Positions 29,373 through 38,910 are shown, numbered from the stretch's first letter. The stretch: DNA of 64,000 nucleotides from an uncultured Candidatus Saccharibacteria bacterium (GCA_964580065.1 CAZOJE010000002.1:2978-66977); one strand, 5' to 3'. Numbers and translations are program-made. The notes: generated from the sequence alone by a model not told the origin.

Positions 29373-30016
29373 TTGTTTAAGTCTGCTTCGATTGTCGAAG
29401 AAAGCTGGCTAAGATCTTCAAGATATGTACCGTTGACAAAGATACTTGGTGTGCCTTGCAACCCTAGTGAAACAGCGTCTTCGCTGTCTTTGGCTACATT
29501 GTTTTTTATCTTTTCAGATGACATATCTTGGGTGAATTTGCTTTTATTAAGCCCTAAGTCGTCGGCAATTTTCGCCAAACCTTTTTCGTCGGCATTTTGA
29601 TAATTGTTAAAAATCAAATCATTAGCTTCTTTAAATTTCCCCTGTAGAGAAGCGGCTTCGGCGGCGCGGCTCATCGGCTCGGCGGCATTATGGATAAGGT
29701 ATGTTCGATGGTAAACTACAATTTTGTCGCCATATTTGTCTGCAATTTCTTTAAGGGTGGTGTTTATATTTTTGCAACCCGGGCAAAGGTAATCCGAAAA
29801 AATAACGACTTTTACCTTAGCGTCTTTCTTGCCTATATATGGCGCATCATCTCTATAAATTAGCTTCTCGTCTGTTCCGACTGTTGATTGTGAGCTAGTA
29901 TCTTGTGTCGGCGCCGATGTTTTTTCGGGCGAAGCAATTAAAATTACGCCTAATATGATACCGGCAATTGCGACAAAGATTAGAAAAGCCCCAGAATTAT
30001 TATTTTTTTTAGCCAT
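29369..30016 (-). CDS. Membrane-anchored DsbA/BdbD family thiol-disulfide oxidoreductase
   Basis: N-terminal TM helix, FSDYLCPGC and GTPSIFVNG motifs. Confidence 0.9.
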   Translation of the reverse strand: MAKKNNNSGAFLIFVAIAGIILGVILIASPEKTSAPTQDTSSQSTVGTDEKLIYRDDAPYIGKKDAKVKVVIFSDYLCPGCKNINTTLKEIADKYGDKIVVYHRTYLIHNAAEPMSRAAEAASLQGKFKEANDLIFNNYQNADEKGLAKIADDLGLNKSKFTQDMSSEKIKNNVAKDSEDAVSLGLQGTPSIFVNGTYLEDLSQLSSTIEADLNK

Positions 30017-31004
30017 TTTGACTCCTTATAATTGATTCAATTTCTTTTACCGCCAGATCCATTTTTCCCTCAATATTTTTGACGATTTTATCGCAGATAC
30101 CTGCATGACGTATTTCGATTCTAGCAATCTCCATTCTCTTTTCAATAGCTTCTGGTGACTCCGTTGCCCGTTTGACGAGACGTTTTTTTAAATCTTTAAG
30201 GTCTACCTCTAGGAAAATAGCATATACGTTTGCAAACAATTTTTTAAAACTTCGAACGCCGTTTAAATCAATTTCCATTAACGCATTTTTGCCGAGCCCA
30301 AGAATATTATCAACTTCATTTTTTGAAGCACCATACCAGTTGCCGTTATAGCAGTTTTTTTCAATCAACTCGCCGTTTGCTTCCATTTGGTTGAACTTTT
30401 TTTTGTCAACAAAAATCCTTTCAGAACTTTCGTTAGGACGCTTTTCTCGTGTGGTGACTGTTCTTGCTTTGACTAAATTGAGTTTTCTATTTTTTAAAAG
30501 GGCTTGAGTAATAGCGCCCTTCCCCGCTCCGGCGGAACCACAGATTATAAATATTTTGGGGTAAAGTTGATTTACGATCGTTTCGTTAGTTTTGAGCAAA
30601 GAACTTTTGTGCCATACGTATTCTAGTTTTTCAACCGCTTTGTCTTTTTCCAAAAATTCATATTGGCTGAATTCTTTTTTGTCAACATTAAGCTGGCTCC
30701 CCGTTATATCAAAAGCAAAAGCTAATTCTTTTACCTCGCCATTTCTTTTTGGGTCACTACTATTTTTTGCCACAAAATTATTTGTCTGGCCTGTATAAAA
30801 GAAATTACGCCATTGGCTGGTGCCTAGTTCTTCGATTAGCTCTCTTTTGACGCCTTCAATGTATGATTCTTGCTCACAACCCTTGCCATCACCAACATGG
30901 CCGGTTGGAAGTCTCCAGAGCCCGTTGTGCGTTGCACGGCCGACAAAATATAATGGCTTTCCCTCAACAATTTTGTAGGGAATAAATTGAACTTTTTTGA
31001 TCAT
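30009..31004 (-). CDS. gmk: Nudix hydrolase-guanylate kinase fusion
   Basis: N-terminal Nudix box (GHV...ESYIEGVKRELIEELG). C-terminal Gmk motifs GSAGAGKG, TTREKRPNE, NWYG and EIDLNG. Confidence 0.8.
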   Translation of the reverse strand: MIKKVQFIPYKIVEGKPLYFVGRATHNGLWRLPTGHVGDGKGCEQESYIEGVKRELIEELGTSQWRNFFYTGQTNNFVAKNSSDPKRNGEVKELAFAFDITGSQLNVDKKEFSQYEFLEKDKAVEKLEYVWHKSSLLKTNETIVNQLYPKIFIICGSAGAGKGAITQALLKNRKLNLVKARTVTTREKRPNESSERIFVDKKKFNQMEANGELIEKNCYNGNWYGASKNEVDNILGLGKNALMEIDLNGVRSFKKLFANVYAIFLEVDLKDLKKRLVKRATESPEAIEKRMEIARIEIRHAGICDKIVKNIEGKMDLAVKEIESIIRSQNG

Positions 31005-31261
31005 TTTTTTACTTCAACTTCTTCTTTATCTTGAAGTTTGAGTTTATCCCAAACATTTCTTAAGTCAATTAACCGATGAGAGTGCATTGCGCCAGTGCAG
31101 TCGCAAGGAATATCATAAATTCTTACTTTTATGGCAGTGCCCTTTATGTTTAGAGCTTGCTCACCTATCTCGATATCATTCCAAATTTTTTTTGGAACAA
31201 CGATGAATTTATCTATTTCGGTGAAATCATTGAATGCCTTTGTAAAGACTTTGAGCCTCAT
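31001..31261 (-). CDS. Small hypothetical protein with a CDC...HSH putative metal site
   Basis: 86-aa ORF with ATGA overlap into the Nudix-Gmk gene. Confidence 0.65.
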   Translation of the reverse strand: MRLKVFTKAFNDFTEIDKFIVVPKKIWNDIEIGEQALNIKGTAIKVRIYDIPCDCTGAMHSHRLIDLRNVWDKLKLQDKEEVEVKK

Positions 31262-31358
31262 AAGCTAAAAATACCACGGAATATTAAATCCATAAATAAG
31301 CAAAGAGAGCACAAAAAGAATGAACGACATTATTAGGACGACTATGATCGAGATAATA

Positions 31359-32588
31359 TTATTTTTTTCTTGGTTTTGTGACGGCATTTGATTTTTTTAC
31401 TTTTGCTATAGTTGTCTTTTTTACAGGAGTTTTAATCGATTCAAGCTTAGTCATTTTTATTGGCACTTCTTTTTTATCTGATATCGGAGACATTTGCGTT
31501 GTTTGCTTTTCAAAGATTGCTAATAATATCGCGCCTAGCGATATAATTATAAGGGAAAAATCTACGAACCAACCGAACACTGGAATGTAGCCAAGGAGAA
31601 TAAAAATAACAGCCCCAGCCGAGCAAACCAGCCAATTTGATTCTAGGGGCTTTCGATTAATCAAACCGATAACTAATTTGCCCGTGAATATTGCGGCGAT
31701 AGCGGCGGCAATGAAAAACGAAAGGATGTAAAGGCAGAGCAAGCTAAAGCCAAAAATCATGCCAATTAAAGTGGAAATAATCACTATTATTGCTATTGGC
31801 GCCAAGAACAGATAGCAAAAACCGAGCAGAGCTGATCTGACGGTATTATTTTGCGCTATTGTGGTTGCTTGACCTGTGAATTTTGGTGAAAAGTAAGTCA
31901 AAACAATTGCAAGAATGAATAAACCAATGACGCGAACCAGAAAGTCAAAACCGTTATTTTGGCGAGTTTTGCCATGATTGAACTCTTTTTGCTCAATAGA
32001 GCCAATTTTTGCCGCAGATGATATATCAGCACTTTCTTTACTAGCGTAGACTAATTTTCCGCTGATTTCTGTGTTATCGGCAATTTTTATTTTTTCGGCA
32101 TTTATTTCCACGTCACCTGAATATTTGCCAGAGATTGCAACGCTTGAACCATTAATTTTTGTCTTTCCCTTTACGGTTCCATTTGCGTTGACATTTCCGG
32201 CGTTAACAATTAAATCGCCCGAAACAATATTCTTATCTGTCGAAGTGAAAGTGCCGCTAAAAATAATCTCATCTTCACTCACGGGGCCATTAACAGTGAC
32301 AGTGCCGCCAAAAATTCTTAGATTTTGACCTACAGGAGAGTCGATTTTGATCGTTCCGCCTGCTGTAAATAAATTCTTTTCAATATTTTTTTCGCTATAA
32401 ATATCGCTACCGAAAGTAACTGTGTCTCCAGCCATATCGGAATTAATATTAACTGTTGAACCAAATATATAAGCGTTTTTGAGTGGCTGATCGATATTTA
32501 CAGAATCGTCTGCTTTGATATCGGCGGCGAGGACTGCAGAAGGTAAGATTAAAACTGCAAACAATGAAAGCACAATTTTTTTAATCAT
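31359..32588 (-). CDS. Bactofilin-like beta-helix protein with a C-terminal multi-TM domain
   Basis: Signal peptide, repeated (G/S)xxVxIxGxVxGD-type motifs, then about 5 TM helices and a basic tail. Confidence 0.75.
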   Translation of the reverse strand: MIKKIVLSLFAVLILPSAVLAADIKADDSVNIDQPLKNAYIFGSTVNINSDMAGDTVTFGSDIYSEKNIEKNLFTAGGTIKIDSPVGQNLRIFGGTVTVNGPVSEDEIIFSGTFTSTDKNIVSGDLIVNAGNVNANGTVKGKTKINGSSVAISGKYSGDVEINAEKIKIADNTEISGKLVYASKESADISSAAKIGSIEQKEFNHGKTRQNNGFDFLVRVIGLFILAIVLTYFSPKFTGQATTIAQNNTVRSALLGFCYLFLAPIAIIVIISTLIGMIFGFSLLCLYILSFFIAAAIAAIFTGKLVIGLINRKPLESNWLVCSAGAVIFILLGYIPVFGWFVDFSLIIISLGAILLAIFEKQTTQMSPISDKKEVPIKMTKLESIKTPVKKTTIAKVKKSNAVTKPRKK

Positions 32589-32706
32589 ATTTCTCCATTT
32601 GAGTTTATTAAGATTAAGCTATCATTTAATTATCAGGTGTCAATAGGTGCCGAGATCCTTTCTTAATCTGTCTAAAAATGGTATTTGTAAATAAAAAGGG
32701 AGAAAA

Positions 32707-32892
32707 ATGAAAATAACTGTTGACAAAGACAAATGTATTGCCTGCGGGATGTGTGCCTCAACCTGCCCGCAGTGCTTTGAAATAAAAGATGGTTTCAGCC
32801 ACGTTAAGGAAGGCGTGGAAGATCATCGCGATTGCGATCTCGATCAAGTTGCAGCTGATTGTCCGGTTGGGGCAATTGAAATCAGTGAATAA
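32707..32892 (+). CDS. Monocluster ferredoxin
   Basis: CIACGMC...CPVGAI; GGGAGA RBS. Confidence 0.92.
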   Translation: MKITVDKDKCIACGMCASTCPQCFEIKDGFSHVKEGVEDHRDCDLDQVAADCPVGAIEISE

Positions 32893-32907
32893 TTAGCCAA
32901 AGGAAAA

Positions 32908-32926
32908 GGGGCCAATTGTTGGCCCC
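32908..32926. terminator. Hairpin between convergent genes
   Basis: GGGGCCAA-TTG-TTGGCCCC, with a T-run on the minus strand. Confidence 0.65.
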
Positions 32927-32943
32927 GGAAAGGCGTGCGAGGA

Positions 32944-33303
32944 CTACGACGCTCCGACGATGAACGCGATCCTCGTGATGCTCTTGACCCTGTATGGGCA
33001 GTGCCCCTTCGACGTACTTTGAGGAGATAGGGTCGCGGTAAGCTCGACGTAGCGGCCATCACCCATCTTTATCCAACCGATAATCCTGCCGACAAATGCG
33101 GATCCGACAAACACCTTCTCTCCCTTCCGCTTCCCGTTCCTGCTGGCGATGGTGCCGATCAGATGGTTAGCACCTTGCTGAAAGTACCGGGGAGGACGAA
33201 CCGTGACTTCGGCACGGAAATCCGGCTTTCTCTTTCGAGCTGTTTGGACACGACGATGCAAATGCGTCTGGGGCTTGCTGACTGGCTTACTTCCGTGAGA
33301 CAC
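32944..33303 (-). CDS. GC-rich basic orphan protein
   Basis: GAGGAGG RBS before GTG 33303, its own TTGAAA-17-TAGATT promoter upstream, and a K/R-rich sequence. Confidence 0.65.
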   Translation of the reverse strand: MSHGSKPVSKPQTHLHRRVQTARKRKPDFRAEVTVRPPRYFQQGANHLIGTIASRNGKRKGEKVFVGSAFVGRIIGWIKMGDGRYVELTATLSPQSTSKGHCPYRVKSITRIAFIVGAS

Positions 33304-33381
33304 GAAATATCCCTCCTCGAATGTGGTCGTGAGATGGCCGGTCAAGGAAAATCTAATTTAAAAAAAGAAATATTTCAAGAG

Positions 33382-34137
33382 CTAGGACGATTTACTTTCT
33401 TTAATGGCCGATAATTCAATAAAAATTTCGGGATTTCTTTTGGCGGCGCGGCCAATGAGAACGCCTTCAAGCCCATCAATTTTTTCTCTTAAAGTTTCGA
33501 GACTGTCGATATCCCCGCTTCCAAGGACAACAAGGTCGGGGAAATTTGTTTTTATAAGTTGAATTGCCTTCCAGTCAGCTTGCCCGTGATATTTTTGTGT
33601 CGGCGTACGACCGTGAACGGCAATCATATCAATCCCCGCTTCTTTAATTTTGTTTATAAAATTCAAACTATCTTGAATATTTTTTGAAACTAATCTTATT
33701 TTTGCGCTTATAGGAATTTTTTTAACGACTAATTTTATCGCGCCGACAATTTCTGCCGCTTTTTCTGAATCAGAAAGTTGAATAGAGCCAAATCCTTGCT
33801 TGGCGGCCTTTTGAACCGGACAACCAAAATTAATATCTATTCCGTCCGGAATAAATTCCTGTTCAATGATTTTTGCCGCTTCGGCCATGGTTTGAGGATT
33901 GTCGCCAAAAATTTGAATGATGATTGGTCGTTCTTCCGGCTCAAAATGCATCATTTGCCATGCTTGAGGAATGCGACGAATTATGGCTTCAGCAGCAACC
34001 ATTTCTGAATAAACTACATCAGCACCGGCTTTGCGGCAGAGAAGGCGCAAAGGGCTTTTTGAAACAGCGTGCATCGGGGCTAGACCAATGATTGGCTTAG
34101 AGACATTATTAAACCAATAATTTTTCTTCTTTATCAT
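33382..34137 (-). CDS. tRNA-dihydrouridine synthase (short form)
   Basis: LAPM, YSEMV, IDINFGCP, VHGRT and GSGDI motifs; only 251 aa. Confidence 0.9.
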   Translation of the reverse strand: MIKKKNYWFNNVSKPIIGLAPMHAVSKSPLRLLCRKAGADVVYSEMVAAEAIIRRIPQAWQMMHFEPEERPIIIQIFGDNPQTMAEAAKIIEQEFIPDGIDINFGCPVQKAAKQGFGSIQLSDSEKAAEIVGAIKLVVKKIPISAKIRLVSKNIQDSLNFINKIKEAGIDMIAVHGRTPTQKYHGQADWKAIQLIKTNFPDLVVLGSGDIDSLETLREKIDGLEGVLIGRAAKRNPEIFIELSAIKESKSS

Positions 34138-34871
34138 TTTTCAATTTTTAATTTGTTCAAAAAACCAGCCAAATTTTCGGGTAAATCGTCTTGGAGGCAA
34201 ACAACGTTTCCGTCTAAATCCCTTATCTTCAAGCTTATTGCATGCAAGAACTGTCGGTCGAGACCAAGCTTTTTTGAAATCCTTTTTGACTTTTTATTGT
34301 TATAAACCGGATCGCCGATGACTGGACACCCCTCATATTGCATGTGGACTCTAATCTGATGTTTTCGGCCGGTCAAAATTTGCACGTCCAATAAACTCAA
34401 CATTTCACCATCAAATTTAAATTGCTCGATTACTTTATAGCGTGTAGCCGATTTTTTTCGCTCTATTTCATCTAAACCAAAATTCAAAAGATCAATTTTT
34501 TGTTTTTTGCGATCTTTGGGATCACGTCGAATAAAGGCATCAATAGATCTCTCTTTAAACGGCGGTGAGCCAAGAACCAAAGCAAGATAATGTTTTTCGA
34601 CTTCCCTACTTTTAAACTGGGCTTGAAAAAAATCTAAAGTTTTTTGATTTTTGGCTAAAATTAAAAGACCCGAGGTTTCTTTATCTAGACGGTGAACTAT
34701 TCCCGGCCGAATTTTTGACAGCCACGTTTGCGTTTTAATTTCTGGTCTGGTTTGCAAAAGCCAATCCACGATCGTGAATTGTTTTCCACCAGCTCCATCA
34801 TGAACGGATATGCCGGCCGGTTTAGAGATGATCAAATAATCATCGTTTTCTTTTAAGATTTTTATTTCCAT
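34134..34871 (-). CDS. RluA/RluD family pseudouridine synthase
   Basis: KPAGISVH, IVHRLDKETSG, TGRKHQIRVH and GDPVY motifs. Confidence 0.94.
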   Translation of the reverse strand: MEIKILKENDDYLIISKPAGISVHDGAGGKQFTIVDWLLQTRPEIKTQTWLSKIRPGIVHRLDKETSGLLILAKNQKTLDFFQAQFKSREVEKHYLALVLGSPPFKERSIDAFIRRDPKDRKKQKIDLLNFGLDEIERKKSATRYKVIEQFKFDGEMLSLLDVQILTGRKHQIRVHMQYEGCPVIGDPVYNNKKSKRISKKLGLDRQFLHAISLKIRDLDGNVVCLQDDLPENLAGFLNKLKIEK

Positions 34872-34890
34872 TTAGCAGACCCTAGTAACC

Positions 34891-36033
34891 CTAGCCGGTT
34901 ATTTGAATTTGATCTTCTTCCGGCTTTTCAAGAGCACTTTGATTTTTAATTTTATCAACAACGCCGGTAAGTTGCCTTGTCCTTGTTGTTGATACAACGT
35001 CAAATTGCTTACTGGCTGAAGCAATTCTGTCACCTAGAAGATCTACGGATTGCGAATACTTTTGATATTCGTCATCGAATTTTTGAATTAGTCCGATAAT
35101 GTGATGAATATTTTTTTGGTAGCGGAAATTGCTGTAGGCCTGTTTTACCATACGCAAAATTGCCGTGAAACTGAACGGGCCAGCCAAAACAACTTTTTTC
35201 TTCATCGCCTCTTCCCAAACATCGGCCATGTTTTCATAAATATAAGAAAAAATCATTTCATTAGGAATGAAAAGAATAACAAAATCGACGGTATTTTCTT
35301 CGGGATTAATATAATCACGGGTGCACACTTGCTTGATCTTATTTTTGACATCTTGTTTAAAAGTTAGAAAATGCCTTTTTTTATCGGCGTTATTTTCGGC
35401 CTCTAGGGACTTTACGAGAGAATTGTAAGGAAACTTAACATCGATATTTATTTTAGTTCTGTCGGGGAGAAAAATCGTGAAATCAGGCCTGGTGTCTTGA
35501 GTCGCTTGAGTCTCATTTCGAGAGAAATCTTTGCCGATAACAAACCCTGCCATTTCAAGCAGGTTTTCGGCAATTTGTTCGCCAAAAGCGCCGCGCATCT
35601 GATTATTTGACAAAAGATTTTTTAGCTTATCGGTGCTAATTTTTAGTTCGCCAGTAATCTTCTTGTAGCTTTCGAGCTCTGTTTGTAAGGTTGAGAAGCT
35701 TTTGATTCTTTCCTCTTCTGTTTTGATGAGCTTTTCCTCGTTTTTCTTTAAATCTTTTCTGATCTCGTCAATCAAATTATTAATAGCGTTCTTTTTGCCG
35801 TCGAGATCAATAGCCATTTCATTTTTTTGTCCTTGGAGCACTTCTTTGGCCATTAATAAAAATCTTTGACTATTTTTGTCAAGTGCCTCAATTGATAGTT
35901 TCGAAATCATACCCTCAACAGACTCATTGTTTCCCCGTTGTTTTTTTGACAGTAAGATAAACGTAATAATCCCCACTATCAAACCAAGTGTAACGGCGCC
36001 GATGATGATAATAATGTCTAATCCTGTTTTCAT
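34891..36033 (-). CDS. rmuC: DNA recombination protein RmuC
   Basis: N-terminal TM helix and coiled coil; RGAFGE, RPD, IDVKFP and DFVILFIPNE motifs. Confidence 0.93.
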   Translation of the reverse strand: MKTGLDIIIIIGAVTLGLIVGIITFILLSKKQRGNNESVEGMISKLSIEALDKNSQRFLLMAKEVLQGQKNEMAIDLDGKKNAINNLIDEIRKDLKKNEEKLIKTEEERIKSFSTLQTELESYKKITGELKISTDKLKNLLSNNQMRGAFGEQIAENLLEMAGFVIGKDFSRNETQATQDTRPDFTIFLPDRTKINIDVKFPYNSLVKSLEAENNADKKRHFLTFKQDVKNKIKQVCTRDYINPEENTVDFVILFIPNEMIFSYIYENMADVWEEAMKKKVVLAGPFSFTAILRMVKQAYSNFRYQKNIHHIIGLIQKFDDEYQKYSQSVDLLGDRIASASKQFDVVSTTRTRQLTGVVDKIKNQSALEKPEEDQIQITG

Positions 36034-36058
36034 TTATATTTTTTATATCTACTGCATT

Positions 36059-36088
36059 ATAATACCGAACGAATGTCGAACGTGTCAA
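36059..36088 (-). promoter_or_regulatory. rmuC promoter with a CGAACG direct repeat in the spacer (candidate operator)
   Basis: Minus strand TTGACA-18-TATTAT; + strand CGAACG at 36066-36071 and 36077-36082. Confidence 0.55.
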
Positions 36089-36090
36089 AC

Positions 36091-36128
36091 ATAAAACAAG
36101 CCCCCGCAAATGCGAGGGCTTGTTTTAT
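36091..36128. terminator. Intrinsic terminator of the RRM gene
   Basis: ATAAAACAAGCCC..CGC / GCG..GGGCTTGTTTTAT. Confidence 0.8.
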
Positions 36129-36138
36129 TGGTCGATAT

Positions 36139-36426
36139 TTATCTGAAATCTCTTTTGCCACCAAAGCTTCCACCGCGGTCTTCCTTTGGTCTTGCTTCGT
36201 TGACAATGATAGCGCGGCCTTCGATTTCAGTTCCATTGAGCTGTTGAACTGCTTTTTCAGCATCTTCATCAGCCATTTCGACGAAACCGTAGCCCCTGCT
36301 TCTGCCACTGAATTTGTCAGTAACAACTGCAGCGCTTTCGACATTACCGATTTTACCGAAGATCTCTTTGAGATCTTCATCGGTAGTCTTATATGGGAGA
36401 TTCCCAACGTATAATTTCTTTGTCAT
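36139..36426 (-). CDS. RRM (RNP-1) RNA-binding protein
   Basis: KLYVGNL (RNP2), RGYGFVEM (RNP1) and a G/R tail; start at ATG 36426. Confidence 0.94.
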   Translation of the reverse strand: MTKKLYVGNLPYKTTDEDLKEIFGKIGNVESAAVVTDKFSGRSRGYGFVEMADEDAEKAVQQLNGTEIEGRAIIVNEARPKEDRGGSFGGKRDFR

Positions 36427-36598
36427 TTTGATCCTTAATTTTAATCCTGCTCGACCTTTGACCCAGAGCGTAGATTTCAATAAGAAACTATCGTTGGGCT
36501 CCAGCCATACTTTATATGACTGATGCAGTTTCGACTACACTATACCACAATTTCGTAAAAAAAGCAATATAGTTGGTTAATTTATCTGATTCTATGTT

Positions 36599-37408
36599 TT
36601 ATTCAACTGCAATGTCGCGGCGAGAAAAAATTGCTAGAGCTAATATTGTGAAGATTAAACTAATGCTCAAGAAAATGATAATCGAGATCGGCTCAATTTT
36701 TTGATCAGTAACAATGGCGCTAGCATTAAAATAATGGAAAAAAGAAATATATTTCAAATCTGACCAACTCTCTTTAAGAGAAGCGAAAATATTAGCAACA
36801 TACATTATGACAAGGAGCGCTCCGGAAATTGCATATACCCTTGAACGTTCAGAAAAAATTGCCGAGAGCATGAATGTTATAGAATAAACCGCTAAACCGA
36901 ATAGTGCGCCGGATATAGTGATTAGATAAATAGAGGTATGGTTAAATGAAATGTCATAAAATAAGGCAATTGGCACGGCGGCGAGGGTAGAAGTTGCAAT
37001 GAAAATTATTAGCTCTAAAAGTCCTGTCAGATATTTTGACCAAAATAATTTCATTCTTGAAACAGGCATTGCAAGTAGGATTTGGATTGTACCTTTGTCA
37101 ATTTCTCCGGCGATAGCATTTCCGGCTGAAGATATTAATAAAATTGAGAAAACAAGCGGCCAAGTCAGTGAATAAAATTCGCTTGAAAGAAAATTGTCGT
37201 AATAGTTGAAGAAGGTTGTTTGGTTGATGCCAAAAGCTTTTGAAATCGCTTCAGGCAAGTTTTTAAAGACTTCAGAAAAAGATTGACTTTCGGCTTGAAA
37301 TGACGGAAAAAGCGAGCTGTAAAGCGTGAGCATTGCAAGAGAAAATAAGCTATATATTATAATAGATAGGCGTCTTTGTTTTAAGCTTTTTAGTATAATA
37401 TTAATCAT
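36599..37408 (-). CDS. ABC-2 type transporter permease
   Basis: IAGEIDKGTIQILLAMPVSR and FSRRDI motifs; 6 TM helices. Confidence 0.9.
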   Translation of the reverse strand: MINIILKSLKQRRLSIIIYSLFSLAMLTLYSSLFPSFQAESQSFSEVFKNLPEAISKAFGINQTTFFNYYDNFLSSEFYSLTWPLVFSILLISSAGNAIAGEIDKGTIQILLAMPVSRMKLFWSKYLTGLLELIIFIATSTLAAVPIALFYDISFNHTSIYLITISGALFGLAVYSITFMLSAIFSERSRVYAISGALLVIMYVANIFASLKESWSDLKYISFFHYFNASAIVTDQKIEPISIIIFLSISLIFTILALAIFSRRDIAVE

Positions 37409-38280
37409 TTTTTATAATATTCTAAAAATATTTCTTCAAGATTGGCATGCGCAACTTCTATGTCCTTTATTTCATATGGGGCGATTCTTTTCAGGAAAGG
37501 GCCAATTTCTCCTTTTACTTTTACGATATATCCGTCCGAAATTTTGCGAATAATTTCACAATCATCGCTCTCGATTTGATCACCTCGAATTTTTTTGGGA
37601 AAGACAACCGTCACAAAGTGGATTTTTAGTTGTTTTATTTCTTGGATCGTGGTGGTTTTGATTATTTTTCCGGATTTTATAATAGCAATACGGTCGCAAA
37701 TCTTCTCAACTTCTGGCAAATTATGTGAAGACACAAAAGCAGTTTTACCGGCTTTTTTATAGTCATTTAAAATCTCATAAATATCGTTTTGCAAAATTGG
37801 GTCTAGTCCCCTCGTCGGTTCATCCAAAACTAAAATATCCGGATTTCCCATTAAAGCCAAAATTATACCCAGTTTTTGTTTGTTACCAGTTGAGAGACTT
37901 TTGACTTTTTTGCGTGAATCAAAAGCTAGTTTCTTTATTAATTCAGTCGGGTTGGTTTTTATCCCATAAAATCCTCTAACAAAGTCCATGTGCTCTCTAC
38001 CGGTCCAACCGCCGTAAAAATAGCTGTCGGAAGGCAGATAACCGATTTTTCTTTTTATTTCGACAGAGTCTTTTTTTGAGTCTAAACCGTCGATCGTAAT
38101 TGTTCCGCTAGTTGGCGTAATAAAATCCATAATGGCGCGCATTGTTGTAGTTTTGCCGGCGCCGTTAGGGCCTAAAAAACCAAAAATCTCTCCCCTTTCA
38201 ATCGATAAATTAATATCATCGACGGCGTGGTTTTTGCCAAAGTATTTCTTTAAATTTTTAATTTCAATTGCGTTGCTCAT
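37405..38280 (-). CDS. ABC transporter ATP-binding protein
   Basis: GPNGAGKTT, LSTGNKQ and LDEPT motifs. Confidence 0.93.
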   Translation of the reverse strand: MSNAIEIKNLKKYFGKNHAVDDINLSIERGEIFGFLGPNGAGKTTTMRAIMDFITPTSGTITIDGLDSKKDSVEIKRKIGYLPSDSYFYGGWTGREHMDFVRGFYGIKTNPTELIKKLAFDSRKKVKSLSTGNKQKLGIILALMGNPDILVLDEPTRGLDPILQNDIYEILNDYKKAGKTAFVSSHNLPEVEKICDRIAIIKSGKIIKTTTIQEIKQLKIHFVTVVFPKKIRGDQIESDDCEIIRKISDGYIVKVKGEIGPFLKRIAPYEIKDIEVAHANLEEIFLEYYKK

Positions 38281-38301
38281 ATTTATTTGAAACATTCGTT
38301 T

Positions 38302-38910
38302 TCACATCTGTTTGGCCTCTTCTCTAGCGGTTTTGATTAAGTGGACAATTTCTTGGTTGATGGCATGTGTCAATTTCGTTTCGTGTCCCAATTCTGTTAA
38401 TTGGCGATCTTTTTCCAGCGCTTCATTTAAAGCAGCCATTCTCCCCATATCTGGCTTGCGAGAATTTTTTGTGCCGGTGCTTACTGTTTTAGGGCGGCTT
38501 GGATCAAACTGTCTGTAAATAAACCGTTCGCCTGTGTTCAAATCTGTCACGGTATTTTCGCCATAAGGATAATAATGGGAATCAAAAAAATCTCGGTTAA
38601 TTTGGGTTAAATCTAGGCCATAGAGATCACTTAGCCAACGCATAGTAACTTCAAGATTTATGTTTAAAAACACACCTTCATTCAGCTTCCGACGAGTTTT
38701 TTCCTCGTATTCGCGGCGCTGATTATCTTCTTTTACAACTTGAAGCGTCAGTTTTTTAAGATAAAGCCATTCGCTCATAGATAAGTCTTTAATACCGAAC
38801 TCACTCTCCATAAATTTCCTAACTTCGCGTGCTCGCTCAACGTTTGACTCGCTATTTATTTCCGTCCCTTCTTGATAATTTTCCGGGACATATCCTTTTG
38901 TTTCTGGCAT
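38302..38910 (-). CDS. Hypothetical protein
   Basis: 202-aa ORF with AGGAGA RBS. Confidence 0.7.
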   Translation of the reverse strand: MPETKGYVPENYQEGTEINSESNVERAREVRKFMESEFGIKDLSMSEWLYLKKLTLQVVKEDNQRREYEEKTRRKLNEGVFLNINLEVTMRWLSDLYGLDLTQINRDFFDSHYYPYGENTVTDLNTGERFIYRQFDPSRPKTVSTGTKNSRKPDMGRMAALNEALEKDRQLTELGHETKLTHAINQEIVHLIKTAREEAKQM

